NCBI RefSeq assembly: GCF_048260185.1
Contig: NZ_JBLXHB010000004.1
Location: 88,622-152,621, forward strand
Direction of reading: 5' to 3'
Origin: Idiomarina sp.
GTDB lineage: Bacteria > Pseudomonadota > Gammaproteobacteria > Enterobacterales > Alteromonadaceae
DNA length: 64,000 nucleotides
Positions 33,530 through 43,052 of the stretch are shown in pieces. The number at the start of each line of letters is the position of its first letter. Positions within the stretch are counted from its first letter, which is position 1. The position numbers and the translations under genes were made by a program. A model generated the notes under the pieces. That model was not told where the DNA came from. It worked only from the letters and a program-made list of their open reading frames with translations, and did not search any database.

Positions 33530-35104
33530 CTACTGGCTATTAATGTCGCTTTGTACACTGGCAAACGACTTAGCCCAGGGTTCCATTAGCTGCACTTCAG
33601 CTGGCAACTGCGTGGCGGCTGCACGGGCTTGCTCAATGCTGGGGTAGCTGCCAAAAATAACCACATAACGTTGGTCGGCGCGCTGATAAACTTGGGTATT
33701 ACCGGCTATGCCGTAGTCGTTACGGAAATCGCGCAGTAGCTGCGGGTCGCTAATAATGCTGATTTGCAGCGTATAGTTGCCTGAGCTCTGATCCAGCGCC
33801 CATTGGGTCTGGAACGGCAATGCACGCTCCGGTTGAGCTTGCTGCGGTTGTGGCTCAGGTTGTTCTGCCTTAACTTCTGGTTCTGGTTGGGCTACAACAG
33901 TATCAATGCCTGCCTCGGCTGCCGACGGCTCGTTATACTGTCCGACAGGCTCTGCTTCCTGTGGCTGTTGTTTCTTTATGAAACCAAGTGAGATTTCGCC
34001 CTCTGATATTTCAGAGGCAGCGACGGTGTTTAATGTACCTAACGCATTGCGGTAAGACGCCGCTAATTCTGCAGGAACCAGTTCTAAAGAACGCTCGGTT
34101 AAAGGCTCAAAACTTGGCAGGCTGGCGGCTTGCTCCGTTGCTTCCGGCGCGGCTTCGGTGGCGGTATTAGTGGTTTCTTCGGCAGTTGTTTCTGCCGATA
34201 CCGCTGATTCAGGATTCACTTGCTGCCAATAAGCGGTTAACTGTTCTTTATTCAAAAAGCTGGCAAAAGCCAGACTAATAACCACTGTAACGAAAATAAT
34301 GGGCCAAAGGCGCATTTTCCTACGGTTGTTTTGTTCCGGATTATTTTTCGCCGTGCTTTGTTCGTTGGTCTCGTTACCAGCTGCACTATCTTCTGTACTG
34401 GTATCGCGATAACGTGCAGCCTGAGTGGTCAGAGTAAATTGCAGACGTTGCTGAATTTCTCCGGGAAACCCATGAATGGAATTTAAAAATTGCTGAATGC
34501 GTTCCAGGTTCCAGAAGCTGCGTTGTTTTTCTGGTAATAACGCCTGCACAAAACGTATTTGTTCGTCGTGGTTCAGTGGTTGAACTTCTATCATAGTTGG
34601 CCCTTGCACACGCAAGTGCGGTGCCGGACGCTGCTGTTGAGCCCAACGGCTGTCGCCGGTAATGATAATACTGGTGCGCTGGCCAATGGCACTCAGTTGG
34701 GTAACGGTAGAAATACATTCGGCCATAAAGCTTTCGGATAGCTGTTCGCCGTTATCAATAACAACAATGGCGTGCTTTAGCGGGCGCTGGCGTTGAATTT
34801 GACGACTTAACGACTCGTCGTTAATGCTGATAGTACCGAACAGTTGGTTCAGAATTTGGGCGCGGAGGCGGTCATTGGTGGAGCGTTCGTTGGCGCTGAT
34901 AAAAGCGACTTCAGCGTATTCCGATGCCTGTTCAAGAAAGACTTCAGCAATGATGGTTTTGCCGCTGCCTTCTTTACCGTGCAGCATAATAAGCGACACG
35001 CTTTGCTGGCACTGCTCGTGGAGCTGGTCAATAACCTGCTGTTGGCTCGGTTTGGTTTTTACCGGCGCGGCAACAATATGTTGTGGGCTTGCAAGTGCTT
35101 GCAT
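33530..35104 (-). CDS. damX: DamX-like protein: N-terminal P-loop domain, TM segment, Pro/Glu/Gln-rich linker, C-terminal SPOR domain
   Basis: GKEGSGKT Walker A; TM segment LWPIIFVTVVISLAFASFL; C-terminal SPOR pattern YTLQISIISD...YVVIFGSYPSIEQARAAATQLP. Synteny aroB-damX-dam. Confidence 0.6.
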   Translation of the reverse strand: MQALASPQHIVAAPVKTKPSQQQVIDQLHEQCQQSVSLIMLHGKEGSGKTIIAEVFLEQASEYAEVAFISANERSTNDRLRAQILNQLFGTISINDESLSRQIQRQRPLKHAIVVIDNGEQLSESFMAECISTVTQLSAIGQRTSIIITGDSRWAQQQRPAPHLRVQGPTMIEVQPLNHDEQIRFVQALLPEKQRSFWNLERIQQFLNSIHGFPGEIQQRLQFTLTTQAARYRDTSTEDSAAGNETNEQSTAKNNPEQNNRRKMRLWPIIFVTVVISLAFASFLNKEQLTAYWQQVNPESAVSAETTAEETTNTATEAAPEATEQAASLPSFEPLTERSLELVPAELAASYRNALGTLNTVAASEISEGEISLGFIKKQQPQEAEPVGQYNEPSAAEAGIDTVVAQPEPEVKAEQPEPQPQQAQPERALPFQTQWALDQSSGNYTLQISIISDPQLLRDFRNDYGIAGNTQVYQRADQRYVVIFGSYPSIEQARAAATQLPAEVQLMEPWAKSFASVQSDINSQ

Positions 35105-35149
35105 CTGTCTGTTCCTGTCTGTCAGCCGAATAGAGATAACGCGTTGGCG

Positions 35150-36223
35150 TTAGCAACATTCAGTGATCACAGCAGCAACGGTATTGTGTTCTACAGTACT
35201 GACAACTTCAGCCTGACCAATAGCAACCGGAAGAACAAAATGCAGCTGACCGTCTTTTACTTTCTTATCGCGCTGCATGTAGTCTAACCAGTCCTGCCAG
35301 GGCATTTGCGGACCCTTTATTGGCAAGCTAAGTGCCAGCAGTAAATCTTTAATGCGTCGAAAATCTGACGAATTGAGCCGCTGTGTCACTTCTGACAGCT
35401 TAGATGCAATTATAATGCCAGCAGCCACAGCCTCGCCGTGTGTCCATGCGCCGTATTCGGTGGCGGCTTCAATGGCATGACCAAAGGTGTGGCCTAAATT
35501 CAGCAATGCCCGCAGACCTTTTTCGCGCTCGTCTAACGCCACAACTTCGGCTTTAATTTCGCAGCTGCGTTGAATAGCGTAGGTTAGTGCGGCCGGGTCT
35601 TGCTGATTTAATTCTTCGGTATGTTGTTCCAGCCATTGGAAAAAGTCGGCGTCGTAGATAACGCCGTATTTTACTATTTCGGCTAAACCGCTGCGGTAGT
35701 CACGTTCGGTAAGGGTTTGCAGGCAATCAATATCAATAACTACCGACTTAGGCTGATAAAAAGCGCCAATAAGATTTTTGCCCTGCGGATGATTAACCGC
35801 GGTTTTTCCGCCCACGGAGGAGTCAACTTGCGACAGTAAGGTGGTCGGAATTTGGTAAAAATCGACGCCGCGTTGAAAAGTTGACGCCACAAAGCCGGCT
35901 AAATCACCTACCACACCGCCGCCTAAAGCAATAATGCCACAGTCGCGGTTAAAACCTGCGTCTATCAGAATATCCATGGCCTCGGCATAGCTGTCCAGAC
36001 TTTTGAACTGCTCACCGTCGCGCATTTCAAACACTTTTACTTGGTGACCGGCAAAGCTTTTTAATAGCGGCTTAAGGTAGTACTGACTAATGGTCGGATT
36101 GGTGATGACCAGCAGTTGTTGATTAAGTTTGTGCGGAAGGCGCTCTACATAATTGGGTAACAGGGCGTTACCAATGTAGATGGTGTAGCTGCGTTCACCT
36201 AAAGAGACGTTAACCTCAGCCAT
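35150..36223 (-). CDS. aroB: 3-dehydroquinate synthase
   Basis: 357 aa with GGGVVGDLAGFVA...GGKT.VN...LNLGHTFGHAIE motifs. Follows aroK. Confidence 0.9.
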   Translation of the reverse strand: MAEVNVSLGERSYTIYIGNALLPNYVERLPHKLNQQLLVITNPTISQYYLKPLLKSFAGHQVKVFEMRDGEQFKSLDSYAEAMDILIDAGFNRDCGIIALGGGVVGDLAGFVASTFQRGVDFYQIPTTLLSQVDSSVGGKTAVNHPQGKNLIGAFYQPKSVVIDIDCLQTLTERDYRSGLAEIVKYGVIYDADFFQWLEQHTEELNQQDPAALTYAIQRSCEIKAEVVALDEREKGLRALLNLGHTFGHAIEAATEYGAWTHGEAVAAGIIIASKLSEVTQRLNSSDFRRIKDLLLALSLPIKGPQMPWQDWLDYMQRDKKVKDGQLHFVLPVAIGQAEVVSTVEHNTVAAVITECC

Positions 36224-36241
36224 GAACGCAGCTCCTGTTAC

Positions 36242-36775
36242 TTACCCAAGACCGTTAATGGACTCAAGCTGTTCGATAATGTCGTTGACCACAAACTTTG
36301 CACTTTGCTCATCGGTTTGCACCGTAATGTCGGCAATTTCTTCGTACAAAGGATCGCGTTCTTGTGCCAGTTCTTCTAGCACTTTACGCGGGTCGTCAGC
36401 TTCGGCAATTAAAGGCCGGCGTTTGTCACGCTGGGTACGAGCCAACTGCTTCTCGATAGGGGTCTTTAAATACACCACCACACCCCGTGCCGATAAACGG
36501 TTACGGCTTTCTTTGCTCATGACCGAGCCGCCACCTGTCGCTAAGACGATGCCCATGTTTTCGGTAAGCTCTTCGATCACTTTTTCTTCGCGTGCACGAA
36601 AGCCTTCTTCACCTTCAAGCTCGAACACCCAACTGATTTCGGCACCCGTGCGGCGCTCAATTTCAGAATCTGAGTCGTAGAACTCTAAATGTAATTGTCT
36701 GGCGATTTGACGGCCAATCGTACTTTTGCCAGCCCCCATGGGCCCAACAAGAAAAATATTACGTTTCTCAGCCAT
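36242..36775 (-). CDS. aroK: shikimate kinase I
   Basis: [25 protein letters not shown]... is a canonical AroK N-terminus. I trimmed the tracked ORF (to 36886) to this Met. Confidence 0.9.
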   Translation of the reverse strand: MAEKRNIFLVGPMGAGKSTIGRQIARQLHLEFYDSDSEIERRTGAEISWVFELEGEEGFRAREEKVIEELTENMGIVLATGGGSVMSKESRNRLSARGVVVYLKTPIEKQLARTQRDKRRPLIAEADDPRKVLEELAQERDPLYEEIADITVQTDEQSAKFVVNDIIEQLESINGLG

Positions 36776-36912
36776 ATTCCTGCTTACATCATTGGTTAAA
36801 ATTAGCTGTAACTCACGAATCCGGAGTGTCTGGAGACGTCCCCCAACCCAACGAAAAGAAGCGCGATTATCGCAACTTGAGCCCACTTTAGCAATAGTAA
36901 TCGGCTTTTGGA

Positions 36913-38196
36913 CTAACTTTGTGGCAATATCGTTGGTGTTACAAAAATCATAAGTTCCCGCTTTTCATCGCGTTGCTGCTGATGAGAGAACAATTTCCCG
37001 ATTAACGGCAGCGACCCTAAAATGGGGACGCGACTGTCATCATTCAAGTTATGTTCCTGAAAGATTCCGCCCAGAACGATAGTTTCGCCATTTTTTGCCA
37101 GCACCCGTGTCGACATTTCCTGAGTGTCGATAGCAACAGCGGGGCCGGTTGGGGTGGCAACGGTATCGCCACGGGTGTTCTGAGTAATGGTTAGCTCCAT
37201 TAAAACATGGTTATTGGGGGTAATTTGCGGTGTAACACTTAAGCCCATAACCGCTTTTTTAAATTGCACGGCAGTAGCACCATGTGCGGCGGTTTCTACA
37301 TAAGGTATTTCGGTGCCCTGCTCTATGTAGGCGGGTTGTTGGTTCGACGTGAAAATTTTCGGACTGGTAATAATTTCCGCTTTGTTCTCCTGCTCCAGCG
37401 CGGTCAGTTCAAGATCCAGCAGAATATCGTCACTCAGCCGCGCTAAATTAGCAGAAAAAGTGCCGGCGGGTGCGGCGGTAGGCAAGTCTACCTGCATGCC
37501 TTTTACAAAACTGCCTGCGTCTTCCGGTATTGCCAGACCGTATTCGGAAACGCCCCAGCGAATGCCCAGCTCTTTACTGACATTAGCTTTTACAGTGACC
37601 ATGCGGGCTTCAATAAGCACCTGTTTAACCGGCACATCTAAGTCATTAACTAACTGACGTATGGAGTCCAGTTGCTCTGATGTGTCCCTTACTATAAGTG
37701 TATTGGTACGTTCATCGACGCTTACCGCGCCGTTTGGTGACAGAAAACTCTGCTGCTCGTTTTTTAACAGCTTGGCTAAGTCGCTGGCTTTTGCAAAGTT
37801 AACGCTGAGTAAAATAGAGCGATACTCGCTGCTATCTGTGGTTTGTTGGCCGGCAACATCAATGCGCAGCATAGAGCCCTGCAGACGAATAGCGAGGTCA
37901 TGGCTCTCAATTAACGTCGCAAATGCGTCCTGCCATGCGACACCATTCAGTTTCAGGCTGGACTCGCCTTTCACCTTGTCGGTCATCAATATGTTCAGTT
38001 GATGCTGATCCGCTAATAATTGTATGAGTTCGCGCAGCGGCATTTTGCGGGTGTTGAGTGATACCGGTTGTAAGCGCTGCTGTTCGCTTAGCAGGCTTTG
38101 CCAGTTCTTGTCGGCTGCATAGACTGGCGACACGGGCTGCAAACTCAGAATACCCAGCAGTAAAAAGACATAAAAGGAGAGTCGTGTTGGTATCAT
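36913..38196 (-). CDS. hofQ: type IV pilus/competence secretin (PilQ/HofQ family)
   Basis: 427 aa with a signal peptide and the secretin C-domain ([14 protein letters not shown]...RELMIFVTP). HofQ-like size and position upstream of aroK. Confidence 0.8.
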   Translation of the reverse strand: MIPTRLSFYVFLLLGILSLQPVSPVYAADKNWQSLLSEQQRLQPVSLNTRKMPLRELIQLLADQHQLNILMTDKVKGESSLKLNGVAWQDAFATLIESHDLAIRLQGSMLRIDVAGQQTTDSSEYRSILLSVNFAKASDLAKLLKNEQQSFLSPNGAVSVDERTNTLIVRDTSEQLDSIRQLVNDLDVPVKQVLIEARMVTVKANVSKELGIRWGVSEYGLAIPEDAGSFVKGMQVDLPTAAPAGTFSANLARLSDDILLDLELTALEQENKAEIITSPKIFTSNQQPAYIEQGTEIPYVETAAHGATAVQFKKAVMGLSVTPQITPNNHVLMELTITQNTRGDTVATPTGPAVAIDTQEMSTRVLAKNGETIVLGGIFQEHNLNDDSRVPILGSLPLIGKLFSHQQQRDEKRELMIFVTPTILPQS

Positions 38197-39020
38197 TGTG
38201 AGGAATTGTCCTTAGTTAAATGGAGTTTCAACGGCTTTGCTGACCAGCATCCCGCTTGCTTTTCCCAAAGCTGAAATTCGGCGTACTCGCCGTTAACGCC
38301 TTGCAGCTGCATGAGCGGATCAGCTATCCAGCTACTTTCCGCAAGTGTCAGCAGTGGTTGATTTGGTATTTTCAACAGGGCTTTTTTTACCGGAGAGGTT
38401 TGAGTGGCAATTAACTGCACCAACGACCAGTCACTAATGCGAGTGTCGCTTTTTATTTCAGGTTTGCCCAAACACTCGATAGGCTCTGCGATAACGTCCG
38501 GAAAGTCTGATTTAAACAACGAGTGAGCGCTAAGTTCTGAGGGTGCGGGGCTGTCAGCTGATAACCAGAGAAATTGCCAGCTTAATTTGCCGTTGTTTTC
38601 CCCGGCGTCCCGCCACTTTAGTGTTTGCGTAAATGGAAACGGTTGTCGCATTTCCTGCTGCGCCTGCATGACAGAGGCGACCAATCGCAACGCGTTCTGA
38701 TAAGTTCCGTTAACACCAACCAGCCACTGCTTTGCGTTTTCCGGGCTTTGTTGATAATAAAGGTCAACATTATGCTGCCTTGCCGCCTGCGTTAATAAAG
38801 TGGAGACTTCCGTTTCTGGGTGCTCCTTCAAAACTGGCCCGGTTTGTTCGGGAACCTCAGGAACGGTCTGCTGCAGCTGTTTCTGTTGCGTCCTAAGCTG
38901 CCCATTTAGCTGGCTCGCCTGATAGCCGGTAAGAAAGTAACTGACGCCAATAGCCCCTGCGGTGAAAAGCAGAACCACGGCGATCCATAACCGCAGTGGT
39001 TTTTTAAGTGATTCAGCCAT
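38193..39020 (-). CDS. PilO/PilP (HofO/HofP)-position protein, possibly a fusion
   Basis: Likely start MAESLKKPLRLWIAVVLLFTAGAIG (one TM). It occupies the slot between the pilN-like gene and the secretin. Assigned by synteny only. Confidence 0.4.
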   Translation of the reverse strand: MAESLKKPLRLWIAVVLLFTAGAIGVSYFLTGYQASQLNGQLRTQQKQLQQTVPEVPEQTGPVLKEHPETEVSTLLTQAARQHNVDLYYQQSPENAKQWLVGVNGTYQNALRLVASVMQAQQEMRQPFPFTQTLKWRDAGENNGKLSWQFLWLSADSPAPSELSAHSLFKSDFPDVIAEPIECLGKPEIKSDTRISDWSLVQLIATQTSPVKKALLKIPNQPLLTLAESSWIADPLMQLQGVNGEYAEFQLWEKQAGCWSAKPLKLHLTKDNSSQ

Positions 39021-39549
39021 TAGGTTGAGCTCCGCTGTTCGCGTTTTTCTGAGCACTGGTGTAGGCGAACACCACACCTTGCTGAGGCAGTAGCTGCTGC
39101 TTTAATCCGGGTTCTACTAACTGCTGTTCCAGCCATAAATACTGTTCATTAACCTGCTGTATCTGCCGGTAGATGGCGGTGAGTTTCATTTGAGACTGGC
39201 TAAGGGAAAACTCGCGCTGCCGGAGTTGGTGCTGTGTTCGCTCAAGCAGAGCGTAAAATGCGTTGAGCATGTCGTGGCTAGTATGCTTTCGTTGGGTAAA
39301 GGTTTTTTGCAACTGTTGCTGATTTTGGTATTGCTCCCAGCGTTGCTGCTGAACGCTCTGCTCTTTCAGAGCCAGCTTTTGCTCCGCCAGTTGATGCTTT
39401 AAGTTGCTCAGGTAACTTTGAGAAGACGTGACCCATTGCACAGATAAAATGCTGACAATAAGCAGCAGGAGAATACCCAGACAATGCAGCCCGCGGTAGC
39501 GCAGCCATAGGCTTTGTTCCCGCCACTGCAACAGGTTTAGCGATGCCAT
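39013..39549 (-). CDS. PilN/HofN-like pilus assembly protein
   Basis: The N-terminus MASLNLLQWREQ resembles the PilN INLLPWRE motif. It is followed by a TM helix and a Gln-rich coiled coil. Confidence 0.6.
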   Translation of the reverse strand: MASLNLLQWREQSLWLRYRGLHCLGILLLLIVSILSVQWVTSSQSYLSNLKHQLAEQKLALKEQSVQQQRWEQYQNQQQLQKTFTQRKHTSHDMLNAFYALLERTQHQLRQREFSLSQSQMKLTAIYRQIQQVNEQYLWLEQQLVEPGLKQQLLPQQGVVFAYTSAQKNANSGAQPNG

Positions 39550-40361
39550 TGACTGAACCCCCGCAAAGCTAAACCCAGCAGTACTAGCTCGTTATCCAGG
39601 ACTGAAATAATGGGGGCAACGTTGTTCTGGAAAAAGGGGGCCGTAGAAAGCGCCAGATGCTTCAGTTGTTGCTGATTAGAAAGTTGCCGTTCAAGTTGCG
39701 ACTGAATGGCTTTATCGCCAAAACTCATTACCCAGCTGAATTGATGAGAAAGCTGAGCCTTAAGCAAAAAACTCACTAAATTGTTGGTGTCGACAGAGTC
39801 CAGCCGCTGAAAGACGCCGTTTTTACAATAAAGCAAAATGGATTGTTGCTGACGTAGCTCAACGACTACCCACGCCATGTTAGTCTCGAACTTGGTATTG
39901 TCAGGCCAAAGGTAAGGCAAAACCGCATTAGCTGCCCGTACTACTGACTGATAAACGGGTTCAACCACTTGCACCGGCATTTTCAGTGGGGCCAGTAAGA
40001 CCAGCAATTCCTCCAGTGCTGAACGCTGGCCAATAACCGCTTCTGCTTCTTGCCCGTGGTTATGGGTGCAGTAGTCGTAGCTTATACCGGTATTGCGTTT
40101 TAGCTGGGGCGGTAATTTTTCCAGTAATTGCTCTTCAACCTGCAGGTTATTGTCTAACGGAATTTTCTGATAGTGGGTTGCGCTGTAGTCCAGTGCCGAG
40201 ACAATACTGTCTGGTTTTAAGCCCTTGCCGGTTAAGCTGCTATGGTGCTGCTGAGAAAAGTGTTCGACAACAAAATGCCGACCCCGGCGGGACAATTGTA
40301 AAACCAGACAATTTTCACGATTAATTTGCACAGCAAGTGGTTGTTGCCGAAGTAATGACAT
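39537..40361 (-). CDS. PilM/HofM-like pilus assembly protein
   Basis: 274 aa, first gene of the cluster and divergent from mrcA as in E. coli hofM. Weak sequence evidence; mostly synteny. Confidence 0.45.
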   Translation of the reverse strand: MSLLRQQPLAVQINRENCLVLQLSRRGRHFVVEHFSQQHHSSLTGKGLKPDSIVSALDYSATHYQKIPLDNNLQVEEQLLEKLPPQLKRNTGISYDYCTHNHGQEAEAVIGQRSALEELLVLLAPLKMPVQVVEPVYQSVVRAANAVLPYLWPDNTKFETNMAWVVVELRQQQSILLYCKNGVFQRLDSVDTNNLVSFLLKAQLSHQFSWVMSFGDKAIQSQLERQLSNQQQLKHLALSTAPFFQNNVAPIISVLDNELVLLGLALRGFSQWHR

Positions 40362-40551
40362 TAGACAATATCCTTATTGTAGAAAAGCCAGATGCAAGCG
40401 TAGTGTTGTGAACAAAAATCCTCCATAATAGTCAGTAAGAGTTATGAGCTAATTTATGTCGGTGATTTCGGTTTCAACACTTTGGCGTGTTTCTGTAGTA
40501 AGTTCTGGCGTAAGTTCTGACGTAGTAAAAATGAAGTCATGGAGCAGATAA

Positions 40552-43014
40552 TTGAAGTGGTTTAAGCGGCTAATCTACACCTTGCTGGTGTGTATTATTC
40601 TTGGCGGGGTAACGGTTGGCAGCCTTTACTTATACGTTAAGCCCGAGTTACCCAGTGTGGAAACCTTGCGGGACGTGCGCTTGCAAACACCCATGCAGGT
40701 GTTTAGCGCTGACGGTGAACTGATCTCGCAGTTTGGCGAAAAGCGCCGAATTCCGGTAAAACTGGAAGATGTACCTCAGCCGCTTATTGATGCTTTTCTC
40801 GCTACCGAAGACAGCCGTTTTTATCAGCACTTTGGGGTTGATCCAATAGGTGTTGCCAGGGCTTTTAGCGTGTTGCTCACCACCGGTGAAATTCAGGAAG
40901 GTGCCAGTACCATTACCATGCAGCTGGCGCGAAACTTCTTCTTAAGCTTTGACCGTGCCTGGATGCGTAAGGTGAAAGAGTCTTTTATCGCTGTCCACAT
41001 TGAACAGTTGTTGAGTAAAGACGAAATTCTTGAACTTTATTTGAATAAAATTACCTTTGGTCATCGTGCCCACGGTGTCGGTGCAGCCGCGCAGGTGTAC
41101 TACGGTAAGCCGTTAAACGAACTGACGCTGGCGCAAATGGCAACCATTGCCGGTTTGCCTAAAGCACCGTCTAACCTGAACCCTATTTCAAACCCTACTG
41201 CCTCTAAAGCTCGTCGACGCGTTGTCTTACTGCGCATGCTGGACGAGAAGAAAATTACTCGTGCTGAATTTGAAGAAGCCGCAAATGCTCCTGTCACAGC
41301 TCGACGCCATGGCGCTGAGGTGACAGTGCACGCGCCTTACCTGGCAGAAATGGTGCGTCAGGAAATGGTTGATCGCTATGGTGAAGATAAAGCCTATAAC
41401 GAAGGTTATCAGGTGTACACAACCATTAGAAGCGACGTACAGTTGGCTGCGCGCCAGGCTATATGGGATAACCTGCACAGCTATGATGAGCGACACGGTT
41501 ATCGCGGTCCTGTTAGTTTATTGTGGTCAGCAGAGAAGAATGAAGAGCCGGTTAAAGAACCAGCCATACGCAAGTACCTGGAGCAACTGCGTGTTATTGG
41601 TGCGGTAACGCCGGCGGTTGTGACTGCAGTCGAAGAGCAGTCGGCTGACGTATTAGTGAAGGGAGAGGGTAAACTCACCCTGCCATGGGAAGCTATGCAC
41701 TGGGCTCGCGAGTACTTAAACGAGGAACGTCAGGGCCCGCCTCCGGAAACCGCAGCTGACATTATGCAGCCGGGTCATGTTATTTGGTTGCGTCGGGTAA
41801 ATGACGGCAGCGAATGGCGACTGGCGCAAATTCCCGAACCCAGTTCCGCTATTGTCTCTTTACAACCCGACGATGGTGCCGTTGCCGCTGTTGTCGGTGG
41901 ATACAGTTTCCAGCTGAGCCAGTACAACCGTGCTTTGCAGGCGGAGCGTCAGGTCGGCTCAAACATTAAACCTTTGATTTACTCAGCTGCATTTGAAGAG
42001 GGCTTAACTCTGGCTACCTTGGTGAATGATGCGCCCATTAACCAATGGAACCCGGGTTCCGGTGTAGCCTGGCGACCTAAAAACTCGCCGGAAGTCTATG
42101 AAGGCCCTATCCGTTTGCGTAAAGCTTTGGCTAAGTCAAAGAACGTGGTCTCGGTGCGCTTAATTCGCGAACTGGGAGTTAAAAAAGTGGCGGATCACTT
42201 GGCCAAATTTGGTCTGGACCGCTCAAAAATTCCCGAGAACGAATCGCTTTCTCTTGGCTCTCTTTCAATGACACCCATGCAGGTAGCTCGTGCATACGCA
42301 GCCTTCTCAAACGGTGGGTTTCTGATAGAGCCCTACTTTATCAAACGTATTGAAGACGCTGATGGTAATGTGATTGAAAAAACCGACCCGGTGCGCGCTT
42401 GTTTCGACTGTGACAACCCGGCTCCGCAGGTGATTAGCGAACAAAATGCGTTCCTGGTTGAGCAGGCAATGAACTCAGCAGTCTGGGGCGGCGGCAGCTG
42501 GGCAAATGGCACAGGCTGGAACGGTACGTCCTGGCGTATTCAGCGTTCTAAACCCATTACTGAAGCTGTTGGTCGCAACATTGCCGGTAAAACCGGTACC
42601 ACCAACGATGTTCGTGATACATGGTTCTCAGGTTTTACATCGGACCTTGCGACAACTGTCTGGGTTGGGTTTGATGATGTTTCCCGTAAATTAGGACGCA
42701 CGTCGAAGCACCCTGAAGTCGACTCCAGTCAGCAGGCAATAACTGGCGGTGAAGCGGGTGCGAAAACTGCGTTGCCGGGCTGGATCCTGTTTATGGAGAA
42801 GGCGCTACCGCTGTTTCCGTCACGCGATTTTGGTATTCCGCCGGGTGTGGTGAATGTCCGTATTGACTTAGAAAGCGGCAAGTTATCGCACAAAAGTGAC
42901 TACACCACGCGGTTTGAATACTTTATACGTGGTACCGAACCCACTGAGTACAGTCGCGATAACGGTCAGTCTAATGGCGATATCTTTCAAGAAGATGATG
43001 ACGACTTATTCTAG
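40552..43014 (+). CDS. mrcA: penicillin-binding protein 1A (bifunctional glycosyltransferase/transpeptidase)
   Basis: GT51 motifs (EDSRFYQH, GASTITMQLARN, RKVKE) and transpeptidase motifs SNIK, SxN, KTGTTND. 820 aa. Confidence 0.9.
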   Translation: MKWFKRLIYTLLVCIILGGVTVGSLYLYVKPELPSVETLRDVRLQTPMQVFSADGELISQFGEKRRIPVKLEDVPQPLIDAFLATEDSRFYQHFGVDPIGVARAFSVLLTTGEIQEGASTITMQLARNFFLSFDRAWMRKVKESFIAVHIEQLLSKDEILELYLNKITFGHRAHGVGAAAQVYYGKPLNELTLAQMATIAGLPKAPSNLNPISNPTASKARRRVVLLRMLDEKKITRAEFEEAANAPVTARRHGAEVTVHAPYLAEMVRQEMVDRYGEDKAYNEGYQVYTTIRSDVQLAARQAIWDNLHSYDERHGYRGPVSLLWSAEKNEEPVKEPAIRKYLEQLRVIGAVTPAVVTAVEEQSADVLVKGEGKLTLPWEAMHWAREYLNEERQGPPPETAADIMQPGHVIWLRRVNDGSEWRLAQIPEPSSAIVSLQPDDGAVAAVVGGYSFQLSQYNRALQAERQVGSNIKPLIYSAAFEEGLTLATLVNDAPINQWNPGSGVAWRPKNSPEVYEGPIRLRKALAKSKNVVSVRLIRELGVKKVADHLAKFGLDRSKIPENESLSLGSLSMTPMQVARAYAAFSNGGFLIEPYFIKRIEDADGNVIEKTDPVRACFDCDNPAPQVISEQNAFLVEQAMNSAVWGGGSWANGTGWNGTSWRIQRSKPITEAVGRNIAGKTGTTNDVRDTWFSGFTSDLATTVWVGFDDVSRKLGRTSKHPEVDSSQQAITGGEAGAKTALPGWILFMEKALPLFPSRDFGIPPGVVNVRIDLESGKLSHKSDYTTRFEYFIRGTEPTEYSRDNGQSNGDIFQEDDDDLF

Positions 43015-43052
43015 TCAGGTAAAAGCTGTGCAATAACAAATTAGTGGGAGCA

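Noticed and set aside
34386-34718. Antisense or alternative-frame ORFs inside long genes (also e.g. 61063..61677, 62892..63344, 47848..48231, 36222..36680, 30583..30972, 52845..53219)
   Set aside because: These are shadow ORFs opposite or overlapping genes with strong family signatures (damX-like, hutU, hutH, priA, aroK, yhiN, hslV). Their sequences are Arg/Ser/Cys-rich nonsense typical of antisense frames.
36776-36886. N-terminal extensions of tracked ORFs for aroK (also hslU 53105-53200, metJ 45597-45668, rraA 56741-56809)
   Set aside because: In each case an internal Met reproduces the canonical, highly conserved N-terminus of the family, and the extensions are non-conserved junk.
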